Virus record (IMG/VR): IMGVR_UViG_3300020420_000002
Location: 1 to 57,363 of that record
DNA length: 57,363 bases
Reading direction: 5' to 3' (one strand)
Origin: a virus
Taxonomy: Duplodnaviria > Caudoviricetes
How positions within the stretch are numbered: position 1 is the stretch's first letter; the number at the start of each line of letters is the position of its first letter. The translations under genes were made by a program, and so were the position numbers. Under the pieces are notes generated by a model, which ran no database searches, had not been told where the DNA came from, and saw only the letters and a program-made list of their open reading frames with translations. Shown here piece by piece: positions 15,088 through 24,991 of the stretch.

Positions 15088-15657
15088 ATGGCAAATCAAA
15101 ACAGCCCTTTCGGTCTAAGAGCGATCGGAAAAGTTGGTCAAAATGATGACAACCAAGGTTTAGCAGAATTTAGTATTGCAGCATCTGCAGGCGCTACTTA
15201 CTTCCAAGATCCAGTAAAAGCATTAGCAACTGGAACTATTGGAGTAGCAGCAGCGGGTGATGTACTATTAGGAACGCTAAACGGTGTTTTTTTCACAGCA
15301 ACCGACACACAAAAACCAACGTTTGCGAATAATCTAAAAGCAGGTAACACTGCAACAGATATCGTAGGCTTTGTGTCTTCAGATCCGTATGAAAGATTTG
15401 AAGTACAATCAGACAACACACTCGCTTCAGCACAAACTGATGTCTTTATGAATTATGACATTAATTACACTGCAGGCGATTCAGCTAACTATGTTTCAGC
15501 TGTACAACTAGATGACTCGACTACGTCGACAACTAGTGGTCAGTTAAAAGTAATAGGTGTTTCAAAAGATATAGATAATAATGATTTAGGTGCTTCGCAC
15601 GTAAACTTTGTTGTTACTATCAATGAGCACTTCTTGAAACAAACAGCTGGAGTATAA
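15088..15657 (+). CDS. Putative capsid decoration/cement protein
   Basis: MANQNSPFGLR start, small-residue-rich, directly before the MCP. Confidence 0.6.
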   Translation: MANQNSPFGLRAIGKVGQNDDNQGLAEFSIAASAGATYFQDPVKALATGTIGVAAAGDVLLGTLNGVFFTATDTQKPTFANNLKAGNTATDIVGFVSSDPYERFEVQSDNTLASAQTDVFMNYDINYTAGDSANYVSAVQLDDSTTSTTSGQLKVIGVSKDIDNNDLGASHVNFVVTINEHFLKQTAGV

Positions 15658-15679
15658 TAGCAGAATAGGAGATTAAATT

Positions 15680-16582
15680 ATGGCTATATCAAGAGGACAA
15701 CTAGTTAAAGAACTAGAGCCAGGATTGAACGCCCTGTTCGGCCTGGAATACAAAAGATACGAAAACCAACACGCTGAGATCTACGCGACAGAAACTTCAG
15801 ACAGAGCTTTCGAAGAGGAAGTTATGTTATCTGGATTCGCTAACGCTCAAGTAAAACCAGAAGGTTCAGGAGTAGTTTTTGATAACGCTCAAGAAACTTT
15901 CACTGCAAGATACACTATGGAAACTGTGGCTCTTGCTTTCGCGATTACTGAGGAAGCGGTAGAAGATAACCTGTATGACAGACTGTCAAGCAGATACACA
16001 AAAGCATTAGCTAGAAGTATGGCTAACACTAAGCAAGTGAAATCAGTGGCTCCGTTGATAAACGGTTTCACAACTTTCAATTCAGGTGATAACACTACGC
16101 TGTTTAACACAGCTCACCCGACAATTGCTGGTACAGTGTCAAACACTTTAGCTACTGCAGCGGACTTAAACGAGACTTCATTAGAGCAGTCATTAATTGA
16201 CATTGCAGCGTTTACTGATGAAAGAGGTTTAAAAATTGCAGCCAAAGGAGTAAAAATGATTGTTCCTTCTGCGCTACAATTCCAAGCTGAAAGATTGATG
16301 AAATCTGAAGGCAGAGTCCAAACGGCTGATAATGATATCAACGCTATCAGATCAATGGGAATGGTTCCTCAAGGTTACAGAGTGAACAATTTCTTAACTG
16401 ATCCAAATGCGTTTTACATCATTACGGATGTTCCAAATGGAATGAAACATTTCATTAGAACTCCAATCAAAACAGCGATGGAAGGTGACTTCGATACTGG
16501 TAACCTTAGATTCAAAGCTAGAGAAAGATACCAATTTGGTGTATCTGACTATAGAGGAATCTTTGCATCACCAGGTGCGTAG
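15680..16582 (+). CDS. Major capsid protein (Mu gpT-like)
   Basis: MAISRGQLVKELEPGLNALFG...EGDFDTGNLRFKARERY; strong RBS; terminator after. Confidence 0.9.
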   Translation: MAISRGQLVKELEPGLNALFGLEYKRYENQHAEIYATETSDRAFEEEVMLSGFANAQVKPEGSGVVFDNAQETFTARYTMETVALAFAITEEAVEDNLYDRLSSRYTKALARSMANTKQVKSVAPLINGFTTFNSGDNTTLFNTAHPTIAGTVSNTLATAADLNETSLEQSLIDIAAFTDERGLKIAAKGVKMIVPSALQFQAERLMKSEGRVQTADNDINAIRSMGMVPQGYRVNNFLTDPNAFYIITDVPNGMKHFIRTPIKTAMEGDFDTGNLRFKARERYQFGVSDYRGIFASPGA

Positions 16583-16592
16583 TAACTAATTT

Positions 16593-16619
16593 TTGAGGCC
16601 GGACATAGTTCGGCCTCAA
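16593..16619. terminator. Hairpin terminator after the MCP
   Basis: TTGAGGCCGG/TCGGCCTCAA stem. Confidence 0.65.
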
Positions 16620-16639
16620 TTAAAAAATAGAAAGAAAAA

Positions 16640-16927
16640 ATGCACCCAAAACAATTCAGAGTACAGATTTATGCATATCAGTATTATGCTGATTTTGTTA
16701 TAACGTCTTTGGATGGTCCATTAGATATAGAAAATGCCATAGTTGACAAACTAGGAAAAAAAGATATAAAATGGGACTATCTTGGAGAAATGATGAACCC
16801 CAAGACAAAACGAATAACCTATGAGGAGGTTATTAATGGAGGAGATGATGCAACATCTACAAGACCTTTACAAGAAGAAAAGAGGTCTGGATCTTCAGTG
16901 GGAGCAGGAACATCTCAAGGAGGGTAG
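16640..16927 (+). CDS. Hypothetical protein
   Basis: ORF track. Confidence 0.65.
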   Translation: MHPKQFRVQIYAYQYYADFVITSLDGPLDIENAIVDKLGKKDIKWDYLGEMMNPKTKRITYEEVINGGDDATSTRPLQEEKRSGSSVGAGTSQGG

Positions 16928-17063
16928 ATATACCCTTAATATGGTTAAGATTGACCGACAAGTCAAAGAAGTTCTTACCCATATAAAAACTGCAGAGGCT
17001 AAAAAAGAGCATATGCAGAATAAAATTGAGGAAGCAGCTCCACAAGTTTCTGTAGCAACTTAA
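16836..17063 (+). CDS. Hypothetical coiled-coil protein
   Basis: RBS GAGGAGG; ATG at 16836. Confidence 0.65.
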   Translation: MEEMMQHLQDLYKKKRGLDLQWEQEHLKEGRYTLNMVKIDRQVKEVLTHIKTAEAKKEHMQNKIEEAAPQVSVAT

Positions 17064-17163
17064 ACAAAAAGCTACATCGTTGGAAAAACCAATCCGCATT
17101 GCAGGCCCTCTTGCGCTCTACTTAAAACTACTATATAAACTAATTACTATACAATTATTTATC

Positions 17164-17206
17164 GATATATAGACGCGTATAGTCGACGGCCTAGAGACTA
17201 TATATC
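17164..17206 (+). ncRNA. Structured leader element; candidate Mu-gpT-DE-like motif
   Basis: GATATATAG/CTATATATC stem enclosing GACGCGTATAGTCGACGGCCTAGAGA; intergenic, downstream of a Mu gpT-like MCP. Confidence 0.35.
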
Positions 17207-17230
17207 ATTAACTAGGAAAAGGAGAAAATT

Positions 17231-18001
17231 ATGGCAGGAACACACTTTAGAAATCCGGTAATGTTTGCTGGATTAGCTAAAAACACTAAATGGTTTAAGG
17301 ATTTACCAGTAGACAACAATCCTAACTTCACATGTTATAAAGATGATTTTATTTATAACACTTTGCCTTCATCACAATGGTCAACATCTATTGCAGATGG
17401 TGGAGCTTCAGCAGGAATATCTAATGAGGTAAACGGAGCAGTAACTTTAACGTCTGCAAACACAACAGACAATAATGGTTTAGCTCTTGTTAAAACTCAA
17501 AATACTTTTCAGGCTGTAGCTGAAACTAGAGATAGCACAGGAGCAATCACTAACCCAGGAACAGTTATTTGGTATGAAGCGAGAATTAAAAATAATGACG
17601 CTAATGCTACTGACTACGGTACTGGATTAGTTGAAACTTTTACTGGAAGTTCTGGATGGAGATCTGCAAACAGAATCTCTATTGAGTCTAACAACGGTGA
17701 ACAGTTTTACAGATTTGTAACAAAAAATGCTTCTGGAACAAATCAAGTTCAATACACTGCATACACTATTACAGACGATGCGTATGACACTGTAGGATTT
17801 AGATGTGATAGAGCAGGTAAAGTTGAGTTTTTTGTAAACAGAGTTTTAGCAGCTACTGTTACGTCAAACATCAACACTGATGATATGCAAATGTTTGCAG
17901 CCTCTGTAACTGCATCTGCATCAGGACAAAGAGTAACTTCATTAGACTATATCACTTGTACAGCTAACAGAAATGCAGCTGAACTTATTGGTAATATCTA
18001 A
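17231..18001 (+). CDS. Putative virion protein (beta-sandwich)
   Basis: RBS AAGGAG; Thr/Asn/Ser-rich; structural module. Confidence 0.7.
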   Translation: MAGTHFRNPVMFAGLAKNTKWFKDLPVDNNPNFTCYKDDFIYNTLPSSQWSTSIADGGASAGISNEVNGAVTLTSANTTDNNGLALVKTQNTFQAVAETRDSTGAITNPGTVIWYEARIKNNDANATDYGTGLVETFTGSSGWRSANRISIESNNGEQFYRFVTKNASGTNQVQYTAYTITDDAYDTVGFRCDRAGKVEFFVNRVLAATVTSNINTDDMQMFAASVTASASGQRVTSLDYITCTANRNAAELIGNI

Positions 18002-18012
18002 TAAATAATTAT

Positions 18013-18032
18013 TGAGGGCCTTCGGGCCCTCA
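18013..18032 (+). terminator. Hairpin with UUCG tetraloop
   Basis: TGAGGGCC-TTCG-GGCCCTCA. Confidence 0.65.
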
Positions 18033-18053
18033 TCAATTTTAACGGAGAAGAAT

Positions 18054-18359
18054 ATGATTACAAACGGCAATAGTGGAGACATATTTAATACAAATGTGAC
18101 CACAGAAAATAAAATTGTAAAATCAGGAAGAACAAGAGCTATGGGTGTTGTATTAAATACTACCGCCGCTTCAGGTGACTTTCATTTAAGAGATGGAGGA
18201 GCTTCTGGCACGGTAAAATTTAAATATAAAACTAGTGGAGTTACATCTGGCGGAAGCCCTATTGTAATAAATTTCCCTGGTCCTATTTTATTTGAAACAG
18301 ATTTATGTGTAGCTTTTACAACTGAACATGTAACAGTTTGTTCTGTGTTTTATAACTAG
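18054..18359 (+). CDS. Putative virion protein
   Basis: ATG at 18054 with GGAG RBS. Confidence 0.7.
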   Translation: MITNGNSGDIFNTNVTTENKIVKSGRTRAMGVVLNTTAASGDFHLRDGGASGTVKFKYKTSGVTSGGSPIVINFPGPILFETDLCVAFTTEHVTVCSVFYN

Positions 18360-18367
18360 GAGTTTAA

Positions 18368-19309
18368 ATGGCCAACACTACTTCTGGCACTACGACGTTT
18401 GATAAAACGTTTTCGATTGATGAGATAATTGAAGAGTCTTATAACAGACTCGGTCAATTTGACATGAGCGGTTATAATTTAAAAACTGCTAGACGTTCTT
18501 TAAATATTTTATTTCAAGAATGGGGTAATAGAGGTCTTCATTTTTGGGAAGTAGCTAAAACTAATATAACTTTAGTTGATGGTCAAAATGAATATAAAAT
18601 TTTTAGATCTACAGCCGATGGTAATTCAAATGGAGTTACAACAACGCTTACAGCTGCAATAGCTTCTACCACCGCCACTACTGGAATTACTATTGCGTCT
18701 AAAGATCGTATGCCTGACGTAGGAACCATAAATGTTGGATCAGAAAATATATCTTATACTGGATTTAATTCTTTAGAGCTCACTGGAGTAACCAGAGGGG
18801 TAAATGGAACAACTGCAGCCACTCATTCAGACGGAGCTGCGGTTACAAATTTTGTAAATCAAGCTACAGAAATTTTAGAAATGTCTTACAGAAATTCTTC
18901 TAATGTAGATTCTCCTTTAGAAAAAATTAATAGATCTCAGTTTCAAGCTTTATCTAATAAATCTTCTACAGGTCAGCCTTCACAATATTTTGTTCAAAGA
19001 TTTGTAGACCACATTTTAATTACTTTATATTTAACACCTGGTTCTACAGAAAATGGAAATGCTATAAATTTTTATTATGAAAAAAGAATACAAGATGCTG
19101 GTGCTTATACGAACGCTACTGATGTTCCGTATAGATTTGTGCCTTGCATGGTTGCAGGATTAACATATTATCTATCTATGAAATATGCAGCACCAAGAAT
19201 ACAAGAATTAAAATTAATTTATGAGGATGAATTAGCAAGAGCTTTAGAAGAAGATGGTTCTTCATCAAGTGTATACATTGCTCCTCGAACTTACTATCCG
19301 AGTATATAA
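18368..19309 (+). CDS. Head-tail adaptor/tail tubular protein with an inserted beta domain
   Basis: SGYNLKTARRSLNILFQEWGNRG..GQPSQYF..VPYRFVPCMVAGL. Confidence 0.7.
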   Translation: MANTTSGTTTFDKTFSIDEIIEESYNRLGQFDMSGYNLKTARRSLNILFQEWGNRGLHFWEVAKTNITLVDGQNEYKIFRSTADGNSNGVTTTLTAAIASTTATTGITIASKDRMPDVGTINVGSENISYTGFNSLELTGVTRGVNGTTAATHSDGAAVTNFVNQATEILEMSYRNSSNVDSPLEKINRSQFQALSNKSSTGQPSQYFVQRFVDHILITLYLTPGSTENGNAINFYYEKRIQDAGAYTNATDVPYRFVPCMVAGLTYYLSMKYAAPRIQELKLIYEDELARALEEDGSSSSVYIAPRTYYPSI

Positions 19310-19311
19310 TT

Positions 19312-19683
19312 ATGGGAAATTTATCAAAAGGAAAATACGCATTATTTATTTCAGACCGATCGGGTTTAGCTTTTCCATATCGTGAAATGGTTAGAGAATG
19401 GAATGGTGCAAGAGTTCACACGTCAGAGTATGAACCCAAACAACCACAATTAGAACCAACACCTTATTCAGCAGATCCGCAAGGACTTCCGCATCCAAGA
19501 CCACAACAATTTAATTTATTGACCGGAGGAGGCGGAGGAATTATTGCCAATTTAACTTTGCCTGGAGATTTTGGATTTCAAACCATTACTGATAATAGCA
19601 TGACACCTGCAAATCCAAATACAGTCAATAATGCGAGACAAGCGTTAATGCAAATAGGGAGTGTAACAATTAATATATCATGA
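19312..19683 (+). CDS. Tail/neck-module protein
   Basis: GKYALFISDRSGLAFPY..EYEPKQPQL. Confidence 0.7.
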   Translation: MGNLSKGKYALFISDRSGLAFPYREMVREWNGARVHTSEYEPKQPQLEPTPYSADPQGLPHPRPQQFNLLTGGGGGIIANLTLPGDFGFQTITDNSMTPANPNTVNNARQALMQIGSVTINIS

Positions 19684-20333
19684 CATACGATGAACTAAAA
19701 ACAAAAATTAAAAACTATACAGAGGTTGACGCTAATGTTTTTACAGATACTATTTTAAATGGTTTTATTGAAGATGCAGAATTTAGAATTTTAAGAGAAG
19801 TAGATTCCGATAATAACAGAAGATATGTTTCAGCTAATTTGATAGCTGGCACTAGATTTATAGACACTCCTACAGATCTATTGGTAATTAGGTCTGCTCA
19901 AATTGTGGATACAGCTCTACCATCTACTGATCAAAATAGAGATTTTTTACAGTTTCGAGACACTAGTTTTATGTCAGAATTTAACCCGACCGCAGCTCAA
20001 GGGGTGCCTAAATATTATAGTAACTGGGACGAGACTCGGATAGTGGTAGCTCCGACTCCAGATCAAACTTATATCATTCAGTTAAATTATATCTTGAAAC
20101 CAGCTGGATTATCGAGTACAGTTACCACTACATACTTAAGTACAGAATTTCCCAACGGCTTATTGTATGCATGCCTAGTAGAGGCTTACGGATTTTTAAA
20201 AGGACCCGTTGACATGCTCCAGCTTTATGATAAGAAATACATTGAGGCTGTCAAAGGATTCTCAATAGAACAAATGGGAAGACGAAGACGAGATGAATAC
20301 CAAGCAGGTGTTCCTCGAATAGGAAAACAGTAA
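19680..20333 (+). CDS. Head-tail adaptor-like protein
   Basis: MTYDELKTKIKNY..GVPKYY..LLYACLVEAYGFLK. Confidence 0.7.
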   Translation: MTYDELKTKIKNYTEVDANVFTDTILNGFIEDAEFRILREVDSDNNRRYVSANLIAGTRFIDTPTDLLVIRSAQIVDTALPSTDQNRDFLQFRDTSFMSEFNPTAAQGVPKYYSNWDETRIVVAPTPDQTYIIQLNYILKPAGLSSTVTTTYLSTEFPNGLLYACLVEAYGFLKGPVDMLQLYDKKYIEAVKGFSIEQMGRRRRDEYQAGVPRIGKQ

Positions 20334-20343
20334 GGAGAAAACT

Positions 20344-20781
20344 ATGGCTATAACACAAGCGATTGCAAACAACTTTAAAAAATTATTATTAGAGGGTGAT
20401 TCTAACTTTTCACAATCTGGTGGTGATAAATATAAGTTAGCTCTTTATACTTCTTCAGCTACTCTAAACTCAGCAACAACTTCATTCACAACTTCCAATG
20501 AAGTTTCATCATCTAATTACAGTTCTGGTGGTGGAGCACTTGTAAACAACCCAACTTCTATTACAGCTGGTGTTGCAAGAGCCGATTTCGCTGATCTGTC
20601 ATTTCAAAACGTAACTTTGACTGCAAGAGGAGCTTTAATTTACAACACATCATCTGCTACTACTAACTCTGCAGTTTGTGTTTTAGATTTTGGAGGAGAT
20701 AAAACAGCAACTTCAGGTACGTTTACAGTCCAGTTTCCAGCACCGACATCAACAGCAGCGATTTTAAGAATCTCTGGTTAA
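20344..20781 (+). CDS. Tail protein
   Basis: YKLALYTSSATL..ARGALIYN..VLDFGGDKT. Confidence 0.7.
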   Translation: MAITQAIANNFKKLLLEGDSNFSQSGGDKYKLALYTSSATLNSATTSFTTSNEVSSSNYSSGGGALVNNPTSITAGVARADFADLSFQNVTLTARGALIYNTSSATTNSAVCVLDFGGDKTATSGTFTVQFPAPTSTAAILRISG

Positions 20782-20798
20782 ATAGGAGGTAAACTCCT

Positions 20799-22148
20799 AT
20801 GGCGGATTTCACTTATACGGTTACCGTTGCAACTGGAAGTCTTTATGGCGGCGGTGGTAGCACCGGAAATGTTTTTTATGTAGATGGCGCAAGAAGTTCT
20901 ACAGGACCAGGAAACATTGTCTGGGCTGGTGGATCTACTTTACGGTTTGATCAAAGTGATGCTTCTAATGACAATCACCCTTTAATTTTTTCTACAAATA
21001 CCAGCACCTCTGGAATTATTTCTAGTGGAGTAACTTATTACCTTGATTCTCCCACAAGTTCTTCTAATTATTTAAACGTCGGCACCTTTAACGCCGCAAC
21101 AACTCGATACGTTGAAATAGATGTCAGCGCTCCAGATTTTTATTATCTATGCTACATTCACGGAATAGGAATGGGTGGGTTAATGGATGTGGCCACAGGA
21201 AAAACTTGGAACGTCGGTACATGGAGCATTAATCAATGGGGAGATCAAACTGATCCTACTATTCAAATTACAGGTCAAGCTCTTTCCGCAAATGTCGGAA
21301 GTGCAACTGTGGACACAGAAATTAATAATGGTTGGGGCAGAGTAGAATGGGGAAAACAAGCTTGGGGTATTGCAGGCACCCTTATCGCAACCGGAAATGC
21401 TTTAACAGGAAATTTAGGTACTTTAGGAATGCAGGGGGATGTAACTGTAATTCCCACAGGTCTACCACTTACAAATACTTTAAATAGCGTAACTGCTACA
21501 GGTTTAGCAGAAGTTGATTTAACAGGTTTTGCACTTACAAATTCTTTAGGTACAGCAGATGCTGGTCCTGATGCAATGTTAACAGGTATTGGTGCTACTA
21601 TGGGACTTGGTTCTGTAGAAGCGTTTAATGAACAAGGTTGGGGAAGACTTGCATGGGGAGATAATGACTGGGGTGAACCAGGAAGTTCTATTCAACCGAC
21701 TATAACTGGTTTTGGAATGACAGCTAACATAGCTGCACCACAATCTGTAACAGGAGATGCGAGTTTAACTCTTAACACACTAAATGTAGCTCAGGCGACT
21801 TTGGGCCAAGTGGATCCCGCGCCAGATGCGATGATCCAAGGAAATGCTGGTATTTTATCATTAGGTCAATTAGGACATCAAGGAGATGTAATTACCTCTC
21901 CAACAGGATTCGGTTTAACTGCGAGTTTAGGTACCGCGACCATAGATTTAAGAACTCTTGTTCCTACCACTGGAGTTTCTTTAAATAGTCAAGTAGCCGG
22001 AGTAACCGCATTTACGGACGTTACAGCAACATTTACTGGTCTTGGGTTGACTATGAATCTAAATAATGCTAATGCTTTAATTTGGAATGAAGTTCCTACA
22101 GGAAACGCACCAATAGATCCTCCTGGCTGGAGGGAAGTCGTTGCATAA
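20799..22148 (+). CDS. Tail-associated protein with N-terminal cupredoxin-like domain and W-x4-W repeats
   Basis: NHPLIFS...YYLCYIHGIGMGG; GWGRxxWG repeats; Gly/Thr-rich. Confidence 0.65.
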   Translation: MADFTYTVTVATGSLYGGGGSTGNVFYVDGARSSTGPGNIVWAGGSTLRFDQSDASNDNHPLIFSTNTSTSGIISSGVTYYLDSPTSSSNYLNVGTFNAATTRYVEIDVSAPDFYYLCYIHGIGMGGLMDVATGKTWNVGTWSINQWGDQTDPTIQITGQALSANVGSATVDTEINNGWGRVEWGKQAWGIAGTLIATGNALTGNLGTLGMQGDVTVIPTGLPLTNTLNSVTATGLAEVDLTGFALTNSLGTADAGPDAMLTGIGATMGLGSVEAFNEQGWGRLAWGDNDWGEPGSSIQPTITGFGMTANIAAPQSVTGDASLTLNTLNVAQATLGQVDPAPDAMIQGNAGILSLGQLGHQGDVITSPTGFGLTASLGTATIDLRTLVPTTGVSLNSQVAGVTAFTDVTATFTGLGLTMNLNNANALIWNEVPTGNAPIDPPGWREVVA

Positions 22149-22203
22149 AGAGTTTGACACTAACTCTTTATTTTTATAAAATAAACGGTATAAGGAATTT
22201 AAT

Positions 22204-22905
22204 ATGGCGAATTCAACATCAGCAAGTTTAAAACTTACAGTACAAGCGACCGGTGAAAATTCGGGAACTTGGGGACAAATCACAAATACAAACTTATTAA
22301 TTTTAGAACAGGCAATTGGTGGTTATGATACTTTTAACGTAACTAATGCTAATAGAGCTCTGACTTTTACAAATGGGGCTTTATCTAATGGTAAAAATGA
22401 AGTTATAAAATTAACAGGCACATTAGCTTCTAATTTAAATGTCACTATTCCAGACTCAATAGAAAAAGTATACACAGTAATTGATGGATGTGATCACGCA
22501 AATAATACTTTAACTTTTAAAACATCTTCAGGTACAGGTGTTCTTTTATGTGAAGGCAACTGTTACACTTTATATTCTGACGGAACTAATGTTGTAAAAG
22601 CAAATGAATACAGAAAATGGAGAGCGGTTTCAGCAGCAGAAACAGTTCAAGCTGGAGCTAAACTTTTGGTAAATACAAGTGGTGGAGGAGTAACAATTAC
22701 GCTACCTGCATCACCGGCAACAGGTGACGAGGTTTCTTTTGTTGACCAAGGTTATGACTTTAATTCTAACGCATTGACTGTTGGTAGAAATTCTTCTAAT
22801 ATAGCTAATGCAGCATCTGATCTTGTAGTTAATACGCAAGGTGCAGCTTTTTCATTAGTTTTTTCTGGAGACGCTACAACAGGATGGACTTACACGGAGA
22901 AATAA
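22204..22905 (+). CDS. Tail fibre-type protein
   Basis: ATGENSGTWGQITNTNL; TITLPASPATGDEV. Confidence 0.7.
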   Translation: MANSTSASLKLTVQATGENSGTWGQITNTNLLILEQAIGGYDTFNVTNANRALTFTNGALSNGKNEVIKLTGTLASNLNVTIPDSIEKVYTVIDGCDHANNTLTFKTSSGTGVLLCEGNCYTLYSDGTNVVKANEYRKWRAVSAAETVQAGAKLLVNTSGGGVTITLPASPATGDEVSFVDQGYDFNSNALTVGRNSSNIANAASDLVVNTQGAAFSLVFSGDATTGWTYTEK

Positions 22906-22906
22906 T

Positions 22907-23476
22907 ATGTCAAATTACGAAGCAACAAAATACGATTTCGATGGAGCAAATCTTACTGGTATCGAGGGAATTCCTACAGCAACTATTGTGCCGTGGTCTT
23001 CTTCTTCAGTGCCAACAGGTTTTTTAGAGTGTAATGGTCAAGCAGTTTCAAGATCAACTTACTCTGCATTATTTGCAATTGTAAGTACAACTTACGGATC
23101 TGGAGATGGTGCATCAACTTTTAACGTACCTGATTTACAAGACAACGTCGCAATGGGTAAATCTGGAACTAAAGCTTTAGCATCAACTGGCGGAGCAAAC
23201 ACTGTTACTTCTACAGGTAATGTAGGTGGAACGACTGCCAATGCAACTTTGTCAACTGCACAACTTGCATCACACAGTCACCCTGGAGGTGGATCAACTG
23301 GCGGTACTTACTTTAACCAATCTTTTCCTGGATCTAAAGCATTTTTTAGTCCATCAGGGACTGGTAGTACAGGTTCTGGTACTGGTCACTCTCATAATAT
23401 GAGTGCAACTTTTAGTGGTGATGCAACATCAGTTCTTCAACCTTATTTAACAATAATTTATATTATTAAGACATAG
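22907..23476 (+). CDS. Tail collar domain protein
   Basis: PTGFLECNGQAVSRSTYSALFAIVSTTYGSGDGASTFNVPDL; LQPY..YIIKT. Confidence 0.9.
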   Translation: MSNYEATKYDFDGANLTGIEGIPTATIVPWSSSSVPTGFLECNGQAVSRSTYSALFAIVSTTYGSGDGASTFNVPDLQDNVAMGKSGTKALASTGGANTVTSTGNVGGTTANATLSTAQLASHSHPGGGSTGGTYFNQSFPGSKAFFSPSGTGSTGSGTGHSHNMSATFSGDATSVLQPYLTIIYIIKT

Positions 23477-23484
23477 GAGAAATT

Positions 23485-23901
23485 ATGGCGACAAGCGCAA
23501 AATGGACAATAATATTTGAAGATAAAAAAATAATTAAAAATTATGATGAAGGTGCTTCAGAAGGCATTCCATATAATATATCTGACGATTCTTTTTGGAG
23601 TCAATCTAAATTTTCAAACATTTGGGCTGTTCAATATGGAACAGCTAATCCAACTGACACGGTAGAATATAGAGACGAAACCCCTCACTCCACTTGGGAA
23701 GATGCAAACTTAGGTGATATTTTAGACTTTACCACTAAATGGGACTCTTTGCATTTAGCATCTTTACAAAAACAGTGGGATGATGATGTCATAGAAGTCT
23801 GGTCAGGTGAAGGAACAGATGCTGTGTTAGAATCTACAGAAAGTGAAGCGGATCAAATTGCTAGAAAAGGTCCAAGACCTACCTCTTATTCTTCCTCTTA
23901 A
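23485..23901 (+). CDS. Hypothetical protein (possible fibre assembly)
   Basis: Follows the collar protein; RBS AGGAG. Confidence 0.7.
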   Translation: MATSAKWTIIFEDKKIIKNYDEGASEGIPYNISDDSFWSQSKFSNIWAVQYGTANPTDTVEYRDETPHSTWEDANLGDILDFTTKWDSLHLASLQKQWDDDVIEVWSGEGTDAVLESTESEADQIARKGPRPTSYSSS

Positions 23902-24470
23902 CAATTTAACCAACCTGTCATAATATATTTTTCTCCTTCAAGAGGAGGGTTACCTCTGTGCACATAAGGGTAACCAGCAGGCCAAAAAACAATTCTACCA
24001 CTTTTTGGTTTTACTCTTACTGATTGATGTAAAAATTCAGTTTCCCCACCTTCATCAACATCATTTAAATATATTGTATAAACTATTACTCGGTTTGCAT
24101 GATCTCTAGGTTCTCCATGTTCTATATGCCAAGTATGATAACCTTGTCCTGGAAGAGTTAGTTGTATTTTCAGGGGAACAATTTTAAAAGAACTATAAAA
24201 ATTTTTTAAACCTGTGTTATCTACATACCTTCTTAAAGCCAAATCAAAATTTGCAAACAGTTCTTTAAAATCATCTACCCAAGTGTCCACGGTTACTGAA
24301 GTATCGTTCTTTTCAAGAAGAGATACTTTCTCTGTTTGAAACCTTTGATATGCTTCTCCAAACGCAGCTTTTTTCTTAAAATACTCAATAACTTTATTGC
24401 AATTTGTCTTGGAGATATAATTATCAAAAATTCCTATGTGATTTTGCATGGATATCGTTTTTTCACTCAT
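23898..24470 (-). CDS. 2OG-Fe(II) oxygenase
   Basis: WHIE..YLNDVDEGGETEF..HRG..KYIMTGW. Confidence 0.85.
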   Translation of the reverse strand: MSEKTISMQNHIGIFDNYISKTNCNKVIEYFKKKAAFGEAYQRFQTEKVSLLEKNDTSVTVDTWVDDFKELFANFDLALRRYVDNTGLKNFYSSFKIVPLKIQLTLPGQGYHTWHIEHGEPRDHANRVIVYTIYLNDVDEGGETEFLHQSVRVKPKSGRIVFWPAGYPYVHRGNPPLEGEKYIMTGWLNC

Positions 24471-24991
24471 TAATATTCCTTACTTTTATTATCATAAGCG
24501 TAATTTTTATACGGTCCGTATTTATTTACATAATGAAAAAAAACTTGTGCTATTCCATTACCTTTATAAACTCCCGGTCTTCCATGTTGTTGGTCACAAC
24601 CTGCATATAGTAGACCATCTCCTTCTTGTAATTCAAAAACGTTATTCTCTATTATAAAAGGCCAATCGTCATATTTTTTTATACATGCACTGATTGAAAT
24701 TTCACAAGATGGTCTATCCAAATGTGTTTTTAATGTTGCTCCAAAAACATAATATCTCCAGTAAGCATATGTTGGAAGTAATTCTAATTCTGTTTCTTTT
24801 TGAATTAAATTTAATTTTAAATCTAAGAACGAAGTCATTAAAGAATCTTTGTACCATGCAGGTGAAAAAGATTGGGCATCTAATTGATATTCTTTATTAG
24901 AGTCTAATTTATTATAACAATAAGGTTGTAATATATTTAATTCTTCCTGTGAAAAAAAGTTTTTTAAGATTTTAAAATTTACTGGAGCCAT
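24470..24991 (-). CDS. 2OG-Fe(II) oxygenase-like protein
   Basis: HLDRPSCEIS..GDGLLY..HGR..QVFFHY. Confidence 0.8.
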   Translation of the reverse strand: MAPVNFKILKNFFSQEELNILQPYCYNKLDSNKEYQLDAQSFSPAWYKDSLMTSFLDLKLNLIQKETELELLPTYAYWRYYVFGATLKTHLDRPSCEISISACIKKYDDWPFIIENNVFELQEGDGLLYAGCDQQHGRPGVYKGNGIAQVFFHYVNKYGPYKNYAYDNKSKEY

